DNA of 37,401 nt, taken from the NCBI GenBank assembly GCA_046050405.1, contig JBJOPY010000186.1, positions 1 through 37,401 on the forward strand, given 5' to 3'. Shown here one piece after another: positions 1-7,143 of this stretch; the first letter of the stretch is position 1, and the number at the start of each line of letters is the position of its first letter. The DNA is from Bacteroidota bacterium. Its GTDB lineage: Bacteria > Bacteroidota > Bacteroidia > J057 > JADKCL01. Made by a program: the position numbers and the translations under genes. Below the pieces are notes generated by a model. The model had not been told where the DNA came from and did no database searches. It saw only the letters and a list, made by a program, of their open reading frames with translations.

Positions 1-101
1 GTGGTCGCATTGCTGGGTGGGTTGCCGCTGGAGTTGCCCTGCGCCGCCACGAATCTGATGGCGAGCACGAGGATCACCATGAAGGAAAAGATCTTTTTCA
101 T
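1..101 (-). CDS. small secreted protein, N-terminal fragment running off the window start; paralog of 372..758
   Basis: Reverse complement from the ATG at 99..101 reads MKKIFSFMVILVLAIRFVAAQGNSSGNPPSNAT... This signal-peptide-like start is nearly identical to that of 372..758. It is absent from the ORF track because the window edge cuts it. Confidence 0.5.
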   Translation of the reverse strand, partial: MKKIFSFMVILVLAIRFVAAQGNSSGNPPSNAT

Positions 102-168
102 GCGAAGAGACGTAAGGTTGATTTCAGGAAATACACCGCAAGTTAGCGACAACGGCCCAATTCCCGGC
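31..168. repeat. direct repeat copy A (signal-peptide codons plus 5' upstream region of the small secreted-protein genes); partner 688..825
   Basis: By-eye alignment of 31..168 with 688..825 shows only a handful of substitutions and one 1-nt indel over ~138 bp. Confidence 0.85.
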
Positions 169-371
169 GGAAAATTATTGGGGGCCTGCCTCCCGGAGTT
201 CGAAGAGGTGGTTGTCGCCCGCCTCGCCCATCTTGAGACCCTGTTCGAGAACCCACGGTTCAGCATCCGGCAGCACTACTTCCCGATCCTCTCCTGGATC
301 CGCGCCAAGGGCAGCCAGCGGCTCACGATGGAGGTGGAGTTGGAAAATCGAACCGAACCCTTCCCGTGAAG

Positions 372-758
372 TCAGGAGGCATCCGCAACCACGATAATAT
401 CACTCCCGCCCCCGTAACTGACCCTGAAAATCAGCTGGGAGGCCGTCCGGGCAGTGGGATCGCTGTCCACCAGCTGAATCGTCAGCTTCCCCTCCGCGTG
501 CTTCTGCCTCATTTGGGCCAGGTCGAGGCCGAACTGCCTCCCCCATTCGCTGGCCCGGGCCAGGATGGCATCCCGGAGGTCGCCGGGCAGCGTGCCCCCG
601 GACTCCAGCCACCTTTTCCAAGGCTCCGGGAACTTCGAGGACGCCCATGGGGCCGGGGTGGCCGAATTGCCTTGCTGGCCACCATTGGAGTTGCCCTGCG
701 CCGCCACGAATCCGATGGCGAGCGCGAGGATCGCCATGAAGGAAAGGATTTTTTTCAT
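372..758 (-). CDS. small secreted protein of unknown function (128 aa)
   Basis: Lies inside ORF 372..827(-). The internal start MKKILSFMAILALAIGFVAAQGNSNGG... has a typical hydrophobic signal peptide. The start position matches the paralog at 1..101. The mature part has no recognisable domain. Confidence 0.6.
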   Translation of the reverse strand: MKKILSFMAILALAIGFVAAQGNSNGGQQGNSATPAPWASSKFPEPWKRWLESGGTLPGDLRDAILARASEWGRQFGLDLAQMRQKHAEGKLTIQLVDSDPTARTASQLIFRVSYGGGSDIIVVADAS

Positions 759-825
759 GCGAAGAAACGTAAGGTTGATTTCAGGAAATACACCGCAAGT
801 TAGCGACAACGGCCCAATTCCCGGC
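688..825. repeat. direct repeat copy B; partner 31..168
   Basis: See copy A. It covers the first ~23 codons of 372..758 and ~67 bp upstream of its ATG. Confidence 0.85.
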
Positions 826-1120
826 AAAAAATTCCATGGCCGCTCTCAAGGGGATGGAAGGGAGGCTGGGAGCCGCAACCCTGCCGGGAACCGTGGCCCG
901 GCAAGCCCCCCCAAAATCGGCACCTGCTTCCCAGGGGACATCCCGTGCGGGACTATTGCACCCTGCGCCCTTCCGAAACCGAAACACCCCGTCTCCGTCC
1001 AGGATCATCACCCAAACCCCTCCCCTCAGGGAAAAATCCCATCCCCGGGCCAAGACCGCCGAATCCCCTTGCCTGGGCCAGAAATCCCCGGACGATGCCC
1101 GGATCCCCAACCCGCACAAT

Positions 1121-1522
1121 TCACGTTTCACCGGGGCCCGGCACCCGCCCTCCGGACCGCAGATACTCCGGTGTATATATAGGAGTTGGCGTTACGGGTA
1201 CCAATTTCAGCCCATACGCGGCTGCGAAGTCGTGGCCATACTCAATCAACTTGGCATGAATTTCTTCCTCGGTCATGCCAGCGAAGGGATCGTAAGGCTC
1301 GGGATTGAACTTGGGGTTTCTGGGAACGATGAAGGCGGAGAGCCTGATGTACAGCTCCAGCCATTGTACCGGATCCTTGATTTGATCCAGCTTGGAAGCG
1401 ATCCGGTCGATTCTGAGATGCATGGCCTCGGAAATCGCCTCCTGGACCGTGGCGGGGACGGCCCCCTTTGCACCTTTGGGCCTCCCTTTGGGGTTGCCGC
1501 TGGCTCCTTTTTGAAAGGGCAT
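1121..1522 (-). CDS. DUF5681-like small protein (133 aa)
   Basis: Internal start of ORF 1121..1987(-): MPFQKGASGNPKGRPKGAKG...SKLDQIKDPVQWLELYIRLSAF. The GNPxGRPKG N-terminal motif is what I recall for the DUF5681 family, which is often phage or mobile-element associated. It is a paralog of 1887..2255. Confidence 0.6.
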   Translation of the reverse strand: MPFQKGASGNPKGRPKGAKGAVPATVQEAISEAMHLRIDRIASKLDQIKDPVQWLELYIRLSAFIVPRNPKFNPEPYDPFAGMTEEEIHAKLIEYGHDFAAAYGLKLVPVTPTPIYTPEYLRSGGRVPGPGET

Positions 1523-1562
1523 AGTGGTTACAATTTGATTGTTTGCGAATAAAACATCCTTT

Positions 1563-1574
1563 TTGCAAAATAAA
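1563..1574 (-). promoter_or_regulatory. conserved AT-rich box TTTATTTTGCAA, putative Bacteroidota -7-like promoter element for 1121..1522
   Basis: Plus-strand ttgcaaaataaa is identical to the 12-mer at 2300..2311, and it lies 41 nt upstream of the ATG. It resembles the Bacteroidota TAnnTTTG element, but the spacing is one nt short of consensus. Confidence 0.4.
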
Positions 1575-1886
1575 CGATCTTTTTGCTCACGGGGTCGAGG
1601 ATACCTGCGCACCCTGCATTTTTGGCTGGTCTTCGCCGCCGCCACCCGCCGGCGCAGCCACGGCGTACGGGGGGCCGGCCCGGGACGCAGGGATTCCTGA
1701 TACCTCCCGGCAGGGCGCAGGAGATGGCACGGCGGTGTCCTGCCACGGCTGGCAAGGTTGCCGCCAACCCCTTGGCAAGGGCCGAACCCCGCCCCTCCCT
1801 GTGATGACCCCGCCCATCCGCCGCTTGGAGGCCGCTGGCCGGATGCTTCCCTGTGGCCGATGCCATGGACTCCCCTTGTGAAAGAT

Positions 1887-2255
1887 TCATCCCCCGTCTT
1901 GGCTCCTGGTGCCTCCCCCTCCTTCCGTGGATGCCGCTGAATCGATCGGGACAAATTCATAACCTTCCTTGAGAAGAACCTCCTCATATAATTTCCTTAA
2001 CTCTTCTTCTGTCATCTGAGCCACGCGGCTGGGTTGCTCCGGCTGGGGACTCTTGGAAAGGACGAACCCGGTAAGCTTATACATCAGCTCCAGGTATTTC
2101 ACGGGGTCTTTAATCTGGTCCAGCTTGGAAACGATCAGATGGCCCCGCTTTTGCAGCACCTCCGAGATCGTCTGCTTGACATACTGGGGTATCTGCCGGG
2201 TGTCGCCTTTCTGCTTGCCGTCGGGGTTGCCGCTGTATCCTTGGGAATAAGGCAT
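1887..2255 (-). CDS. DUF5681-like small protein (122 aa), paralog of 1121..1522
   Basis: MPYSQGYSGNPDGKQKGD...SKLDQIKDPVKYLELMYKLTGF...MTEEELRKL aligns along its length with the 133-aa paralog, at roughly 40-45% identity by eye. Confidence 0.6.
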   Translation of the reverse strand: MPYSQGYSGNPDGKQKGDTRQIPQYVKQTISEVLQKRGHLIVSKLDQIKDPVKYLELMYKLTGFVLSKSPQPEQPSRVAQMTEEELRKLYEEVLLKEGYEFVPIDSAASTEGGGGTRSQDGG

Positions 2256-2299
2256 ATTGAATGATTCATTAGATTTGTTAGAACAATTTAAAACTCATC

Positions 2300-2311
2300 T
2301 TGCAAAATAAA
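2300..2311 (-). promoter_or_regulatory. conserved AT-rich box TTTATTTTGCAA, putative promoter element for 1887..2255
   Basis: Same 12-mer as 1563..1574, located 45 nt upstream of the ATG at 2255. Confidence 0.4.
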
Positions 2312-2701
2312 AGATTTTTTTTCGTACGCGTGGTGCGTGCGAGGGTCGTGTCCATCCCGGACGATTGGTGCGGGGTCCTTTGGGTCTCCTGCGGGCAAGC
2401 GACGGTGTGCGCCAACTGGCCCGGCAGACGGGAGGGCATCCTCCTGGCCGACCGGGGGGACGCATTGCACGCCGCCGTCCGGCGGAGGCAGTCTCCCCTA
2501 TCAAGACCAGGCCGAAAGCCCCCAGCCGGCCATCACCGGCCACCGAAGTCCAGGGGGAACGGAAATCTTTGGACAGGGGGTGTACAACCGTCCCGGATTG
2601 GTGGATTCTCTGTTATTTTGCCGTGTGATGAATGAAATGCAATGAATGGGACCGGGCCGAGAAATGCGGCGGGCCCCGTGCCGGGAAGTCCCAGTGTCCG
2701 C

Positions 2702-4925
2702 ATGAAAACGGCACAATGGTGGCCGATGACGAACAGGGTGCGCCAGACCATGGTCGCCGCCTTCATCCTGGTCACCGCCCTGATTCTCCCCAAGGATTTC
2801 GTGCCGGAGTTCAATTACGAGCTGGGCAAGCCCTGGGTGGCGCCCTCCTTGACCTCGGACTTTGACTTTGCCATCCACAAGCCGCAGGGCCTGTTCGAGG
2901 AGGAGAAGCGGCTGGCAAGGGAGAATGTCCCGCCGGTCTTCGTGATGGATTCCACCGCCGGCCAGCGGGCATGGAGGGCCGCCGCGTCCGCCATCGAGCG
3001 CTGCTTCGAGGACCTGTCCCTGTTCACGCGGATGGGGGAGGGGGGGGGGGCGGGATTCCCTGCGGCGGCGCATCCAGGCCAGCTACGGGATCGATCCCCA
3101 GCTGTCGGTATCCGGCCACCAAGACCTGCCCGCCTGGAAGGCGTCCTTCATGGGAAAGGCGGAGGCCTTCGTCCAGGAAGTCTATGCCGTGGGCCTCACG
3201 GACACCTCGAAGCAGCTCTTCACCTCCGACCTGATCTACGTCAAGCGATCGGACATCCGCCTGGAGCAGAAGGCCCTGGCACTGTCCACCGGCGAGCTTC
3301 CCGAATTCCTGAATTCCTTCCACCCTGGCCTGGAACCGCAGGAACGCCGGATGCTGACCGCCATCCTCCTGCCCCTGATGCGGCCCAACCTCCACTATGA
3401 CCAGCGCTCGACCGAGATGGAGCAGCTGCTGGCGGAGTCCCATGTGTCACCGGTGGTGGACAAGGTCGCCAAGGGCGAAACCATCATCAGCAAGGGGGAG
3501 CGGGTCAGGGAGATCCATGACCGCAAAATCTCCTCCTACCTCCTTGCACGGGCGACCAAGTTCGGACGGACGCCCTACCTCGTCACCCTCGCCGGCCAGG
3601 CCGTGATGGTCAGCATCGTGACGATGCTCCTGGTGCTGTTCATCCGGAACAACCGCCCGCGCCTGTTTTTCAGCACCCCCCGGTTTGCCCTGGTGCTGCT
3701 GGTGTTCCTGACCATGGTGGGCGTCTTCACGCTGGTCCTGAAGCTGACGGTGCTGACACCCGGGATCGCCGGGCTGAACTACATCTACCTGGCCCCCGCC
3801 TGCATGGTCACCATCATCCTCTCCGCCTTCTTCGACGCCCGGTTTGCCTTCTTCGGGAACCTGATGGTCGCCGTCTTCGCCGGTGCGATCATCCCCAATG
3901 GGTTTGAATACTTCTTCATCCAGCTGGCCGCAGGCACCGCAGCCGTTTACAGCACCACCAAGCTCCGGAACCGGGGAGACTTCTTCATCTCACTGTCCCT
4001 GATCTTCCTGACCTACGTGGCGGTGTACATCGGGTACAAGTTCTACACCCATGGCGACTTCTCCAGCATCGAGTACGTCAATCTCCTGCTGTTCGTACTG
4101 AATGTGATGCTGACCCTCATCACCTACCCGCTCATATACGTCTTCGAGCGGATCTTCGGGATCACCTCCGACCTCACCTACATCGAGCTGCTGGACACGA
4201 ACCATCCGCTGCTCAAGGAGCTCTCCGTCAGGGCCCCGGGCACCTTCCAGCACAGCATCCAGGTGGCGAACCTGACGGAGGCGGTGCTGAACAAGATCGG
4301 CGGAAACAGCCTCCAGGCCAAGGTGGGGGCGCTCTTCCACGATGTCGGGAAGATGCTCAACCCGCTGTATTTCATCGAGAACATCGGCGACCACCAGAAT
4401 CCCCACCTCCAGGTCAGCTACCAGGAAAGCGCGGACATCATCATCCGGCATGTGGCGGACGGGGTGCGCCTCGCCCAGGAACACAACCTGCCGAAGGAGA
4501 TCATCGAGTTCATCCGGACCCACCACGGCACCACCCGGGCGGAATACTTCCTGCGGAAGCACATCGAGGCGAACCCCGGGGAGGAGGTGGACACGGTCGA
4601 GTTCCAGTATCCCGGCCCCCTGCCGTTCACCCGGGAGCTGGCCGTGCTGATGATCGCCGACTCCACCGAGGCGGCGGCCCGTGCGCAGAAGGACCACAGC
4701 CCGGAGAGATTGCTGGCCCTCGTGGAGAGCGTCGTGGATTCCAAGGTGCGCCAGCGGCAGTTTGACAAGGCCAATGTCACCTTCCGCGACCTGGAGGATG
4801 CCAAGCAGGTCATCTTCTCGATGCTGTCCAGCATCTACCATGAGCGGGTGGAGTACCCTGCCCCGGCCCGGCCGAGGGACGGGGAGGCCGGGTCGCGGCA
4901 GGGCCTGCCGGGGATTACCGGATGA
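2702..4925 (+). pseudogene. 7TM-receptor/HD-domain phosphohydrolase (YqfF-like, HDIG type), reading frame broken at a G11 run
   Basis: The N-terminal part sits in the frame of ORF 2642..3400 (MKTAQWWPMTNRVRQTMVAAFILV...CFEDLSLFTRMGEGG). The remainder sits in the frame of ORF 3150..4925, which stays protein-like back to ~3051 (RDSLRRRIQASYGIDPQL...). The downstream part has multiple TM helices and then the HD motifs (HSIQVANL..., LFHDVGK, IRTHHGT). The frame change coincides with gggggagggggggggggc at 3034..3051. Confidence 0.8.
3040..3050 (+). repeat. G11 homopolymer at the frameshift site of the 7TM-HD gene
   Basis: Read directly from the sequence: positions 3040..3050 are all G, preceded by ggggga. 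Confidence 0.9.
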
Positions 4926-4972
4926 CCTGCCTACCTTTGGGCCCTCGGCCGGCCGCATTCCCGGAGATTCCC

Positions 4973-6166
4973 ATGAAGCACCCCGCTTTCCTGTCCGCCC
5001 TGCTCTTCAGCCTTCACTGCCTGCCCCTGTCCGCGCAGCAGGCCCCCCGCCCTGCCCCGCCTGCATGGATCGTCTTCGAGGAGACCACCCATGACTTCGG
5101 CAGCCGGGAATATGGCTCCCCCGCGGAGTGGGCGTTCAAGTTCAGGAACGTCTCCCGCCAGGCGGTGAGGATTTCCGCCGTGAAGGCGGGCTGCGGCTGC
5201 ATGAGTTCCGAATGGCCCAGGGAGGACATCCTCCCCGGGAAGGGCGGAGCGGTCAGGGTCTCCTATCCCTCCCAGCGCCCGGGGGAATTCCGCAAGCCCA
5301 TCTCCGTGACCTGCCAGGGCAGGCCTGACCCTGTCATCCTGTACATCCAGGGCCGGACCGGGCCAGCCCCCGGGGGGGCCGGCACTGCGGAAGCCATGGC
5401 TGCGGCTCCCGCCCTGCCTGCCCCGGACATCGCCTATTCGGTGCCACGGGGCGGGCTCACCTTCGAGAGGACGGTGGAGGACATGGGGAGGATCCTCACC
5501 TCCGAGGAGGACGCGGACATCGTCTTCCGCTTCCGGAACACCTCCTCCTCGCCCATCAGCATCCGGCAGGCGAGGGTCGAGGCCGGCCCCGAGGTGACCC
5601 TGGCGTTCCAGGACGAGACCGTCCCTCCAGGCCAGGAGTCCTCCGTCACGGCGACGATCTCCGGCAGGCGGATGAAGGCGCTCGGCCAGCCGGGCGGATA
5701 CTTCTCCAGGGAATTTGCCTTCCACACGGATGAGGGGGCCCATGCGAAAAAGGAGCTCTCCCTCCGGGGCAGCTTCAAGCCCATTTACACCGAGCGGGAG
5801 AAGGCCACCTCCCCGCACATCGAATTCGTGGCGGCCAGCGTGGAGGGGGAGAGGGTCATCGAGGGGGAGCAGTATGTCCATGATTTCATCTTCAGGAACA
5901 CCGGACAGTCGCCCCTGACCATCATTTCCGCCCAGGCGAGCTGCGGGTGTACTGCGATCCGGCCACCTGCCGGGAGCATCGCCCCCGGCGACAGTGCAGC
6001 CATCACGGCGACATTTGACAGCAGGGGCCGGCTCGGGACGCAAAGCAAAAGCATCGTCGTGACGACCAATGACATCGGGAACCCCACGGTGGTGCTCCGT
6101 TTCAGCCTGGAGGTCGTCCGGGATCCCTTCCACGCAGCAGATTTAGATTTCTCCGGGGAGGAATGA
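4973..6166 (+). CDS. secreted protein with three DUF1573-like repeats
   Basis: Internal start MKHPAFLSALLFSLHCLPLSAQ is a signal peptide. Repeated modules carry the characteristic FxFxNxG...AGCGC / ASCGCT motifs (VKAGCGCM, AQASCGCTA). Confidence 0.75.
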   Translation: MKHPAFLSALLFSLHCLPLSAQQAPRPAPPAWIVFEETTHDFGSREYGSPAEWAFKFRNVSRQAVRISAVKAGCGCMSSEWPREDILPGKGGAVRVSYPSQRPGEFRKPISVTCQGRPDPVILYIQGRTGPAPGGAGTAEAMAAAPALPAPDIAYSVPRGGLTFERTVEDMGRILTSEEDADIVFRFRNTSSSPISIRQARVEAGPEVTLAFQDETVPPGQESSVTATISGRRMKALGQPGGYFSREFAFHTDEGAHAKKELSLRGSFKPIYTEREKATSPHIEFVAASVEGERVIEGEQYVHDFIFRNTGQSPLTIISAQASCGCTAIRPPAGSIAPGDSAAITATFDSRGRLGTQSKSIVVTTNDIGNPTVVLRFSLEVVRDPFHAADLDFSGEE

Positions 6167-6332
6167 TGGCTTAACTTCGCAGACGATACGGGGACCGGTG
6201 GGGCAGGACAGCCTGTCCGCAACTTCATGGGGCCGTTCCCGTATCAGGGGTAACCTTCCTGCCTCCGGGCAACGGACGGTTCTTTGACAGTCGGGAAAAG
6301 ACATGGAGCACTTGCCGATGCACAGGAACAAT

Positions 6333-6696
6333 GGGGGTGAATGGAATAGACGGGTTGTGTTGAGGTGGGTAAGCATGCAGCGCGTTGTGGGAGTAGCGCT
6401 TGAAAGCGAACCCTCGCAGATTATTTGGCAACACACAGTTCGCTCTCGCGGCCTAATTAGATTAGGAAGCTAGACGTCTCTCGGTACGGTATGCCTGCCC
6501 GCTGTACCTATGGGGCGCTCATCCAATGACAGGATCGGGACGCGACGCCCTTAAGCGTCCCTAAGAGACAAGGGATTCATCTCCGGCCATCGCCCTGCCC
6601 ATCGGACAGGCGGGAGAAACATCAAAGATTCGGCTAAGCATGTAGAAAGCCCATCGATCCCCTCTCCGGACCCGGGTTCGACTCCCGGCACCTCCA
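6333..6696 (+). ncRNA. ssrA: tmRNA (transfer-messenger RNA)
   Basis: The 5' GGGGGTG pairs with the 3' CACCTCC, including a G3:U pair, followed by discriminator A; CCA is not encoded. A T-arm ggacccGGGTTCGActcccgg is present. Blocks conserved in Bacteroidota tmRNA are present (GTAAGCATGCAGCGCGTTG and AAGCATGTAGAAAGC). The tag ORF ggc aac aca cag ttc gct ctc gcg gcc taa at 6427..6456 encodes GNTQFALAA. Confidence 0.93.
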
Positions 6697-6699
6697 CGC

Positions 6700-6741
6700 G
6701 GGGGAAGATTCTGAACCATCAGCGTCTTCCCCCCTTTTTTT
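6700..6741 (+). terminator. rho-independent terminator of ssrA
   Basis: A perfect 9-bp stem GGGGGAAGA (6700..6708) / TCTTCCCCC (6725..6733) with a 16-nt loop, followed by C and a T7 run (6735..6741). Confidence 0.8.
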
Positions 6742-6834
6742 GCCCCGCGACTTCCTGCCTGCTTCTGTCGCGCAGCTTCCGGCATCCTGCACGGCCTCAG
6801 GAAGGGTGCCTTGGAAAATGGAGGGGGATGCACC

Positions 6835-7134
6835 GACCGTTTCCCCACCTGGAAGCGAAGCTCGCCACCGGTGCGGCCCATCCCCCAGGTGCGGTGCGTC
6901 ATGCCGAAGCGCCTGCGGTTCATGAAAGCGGGTGCCCCGCAATCGTCCGGCAGACAATTGCGGGGCACCCGGGCAAACATTGCCGGCACACCGTCTTCGC
7001 AGGTGGCCACGAAGAACCCCCCGTCATGCGCCCCACGGCAGGGGGGATGGGAGGATGCTTTTCCCCTCCATCTGCTGCATCGGCCACATGGGATCCGCGA
7101 AATGAGCCGTCCACTCTTCCTGGAGGCCCATCAT
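6835..7134 (-). pseudogene. YbjN-like partner gene of cassette 1, frameshifted and 3'-truncated
   Basis: Starts 9 nt after the stop of 7144..9807: MMGLQEEWTAHFADPMWPMQQMEGKSIL, compared with intact MDIFEQVTAHFAERKWPMQKMEGENIL. A +1 shift near the C/G run at 7041..7046 moves it into the frame of ORF 6561..7010 (VATCEDGVPAMFARVPRNCLPDDCGAPAFMNRRRFGMTHRTWGMGRTGGELRFQVG). Similarity to the intact copy ends at about 6835, so roughly 45 C-terminal codons are missing. Confidence 0.75.
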
Positions 7135-7143
7135 CCCAGTCCG

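Noticed and set aside
178-369. Possible small gene on the plus strand (TTG at 178; ...EFEEVVVARLAHLETLFENPRFSIRQHYFPILSWIRAKGSQRLTMEVELENRTEPFP*).
   Set aside because: The frame is open from the window edge only because it runs antisense through the repeat and signal-peptide region. There is no ATG start and no recognisable family. The sequence does look protein-like, so this is a weak rejection and may be a gene relic.
1523-1987. Upstream extension of the DUF5681-like ORF to 288 aa (1121..1987) and overlapping ORFs 1528..1890(-), 1543..1881(+), 1587..1817(-).
   Set aside because: The extension is Arg/Gly/Pro-rich and has no counterpart in the paralog. It also overlaps the 3' end of 1887..2255. 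The paralog alignment and the conserved AT-rich box support the ATG at 1522.
3990-4958. Long antisense ORFs inside well-supported genes. Examples: 3990..4958(-), 4931..6133(-), 6811..8019(+), 17245..18165(-), 20905..21684(-), 21694..23103(-), 23160..23948(-), 24179..25477(-), 31150..32040(+), 33752..34501(-), 35634..36518(+).
   Set aside because: Their translations are Arg/Gly/Pro/His-rich low-complexity strings, typical of shadow frames in GC-rich DNA. In every case the opposite strand carries a protein with clear family motifs.
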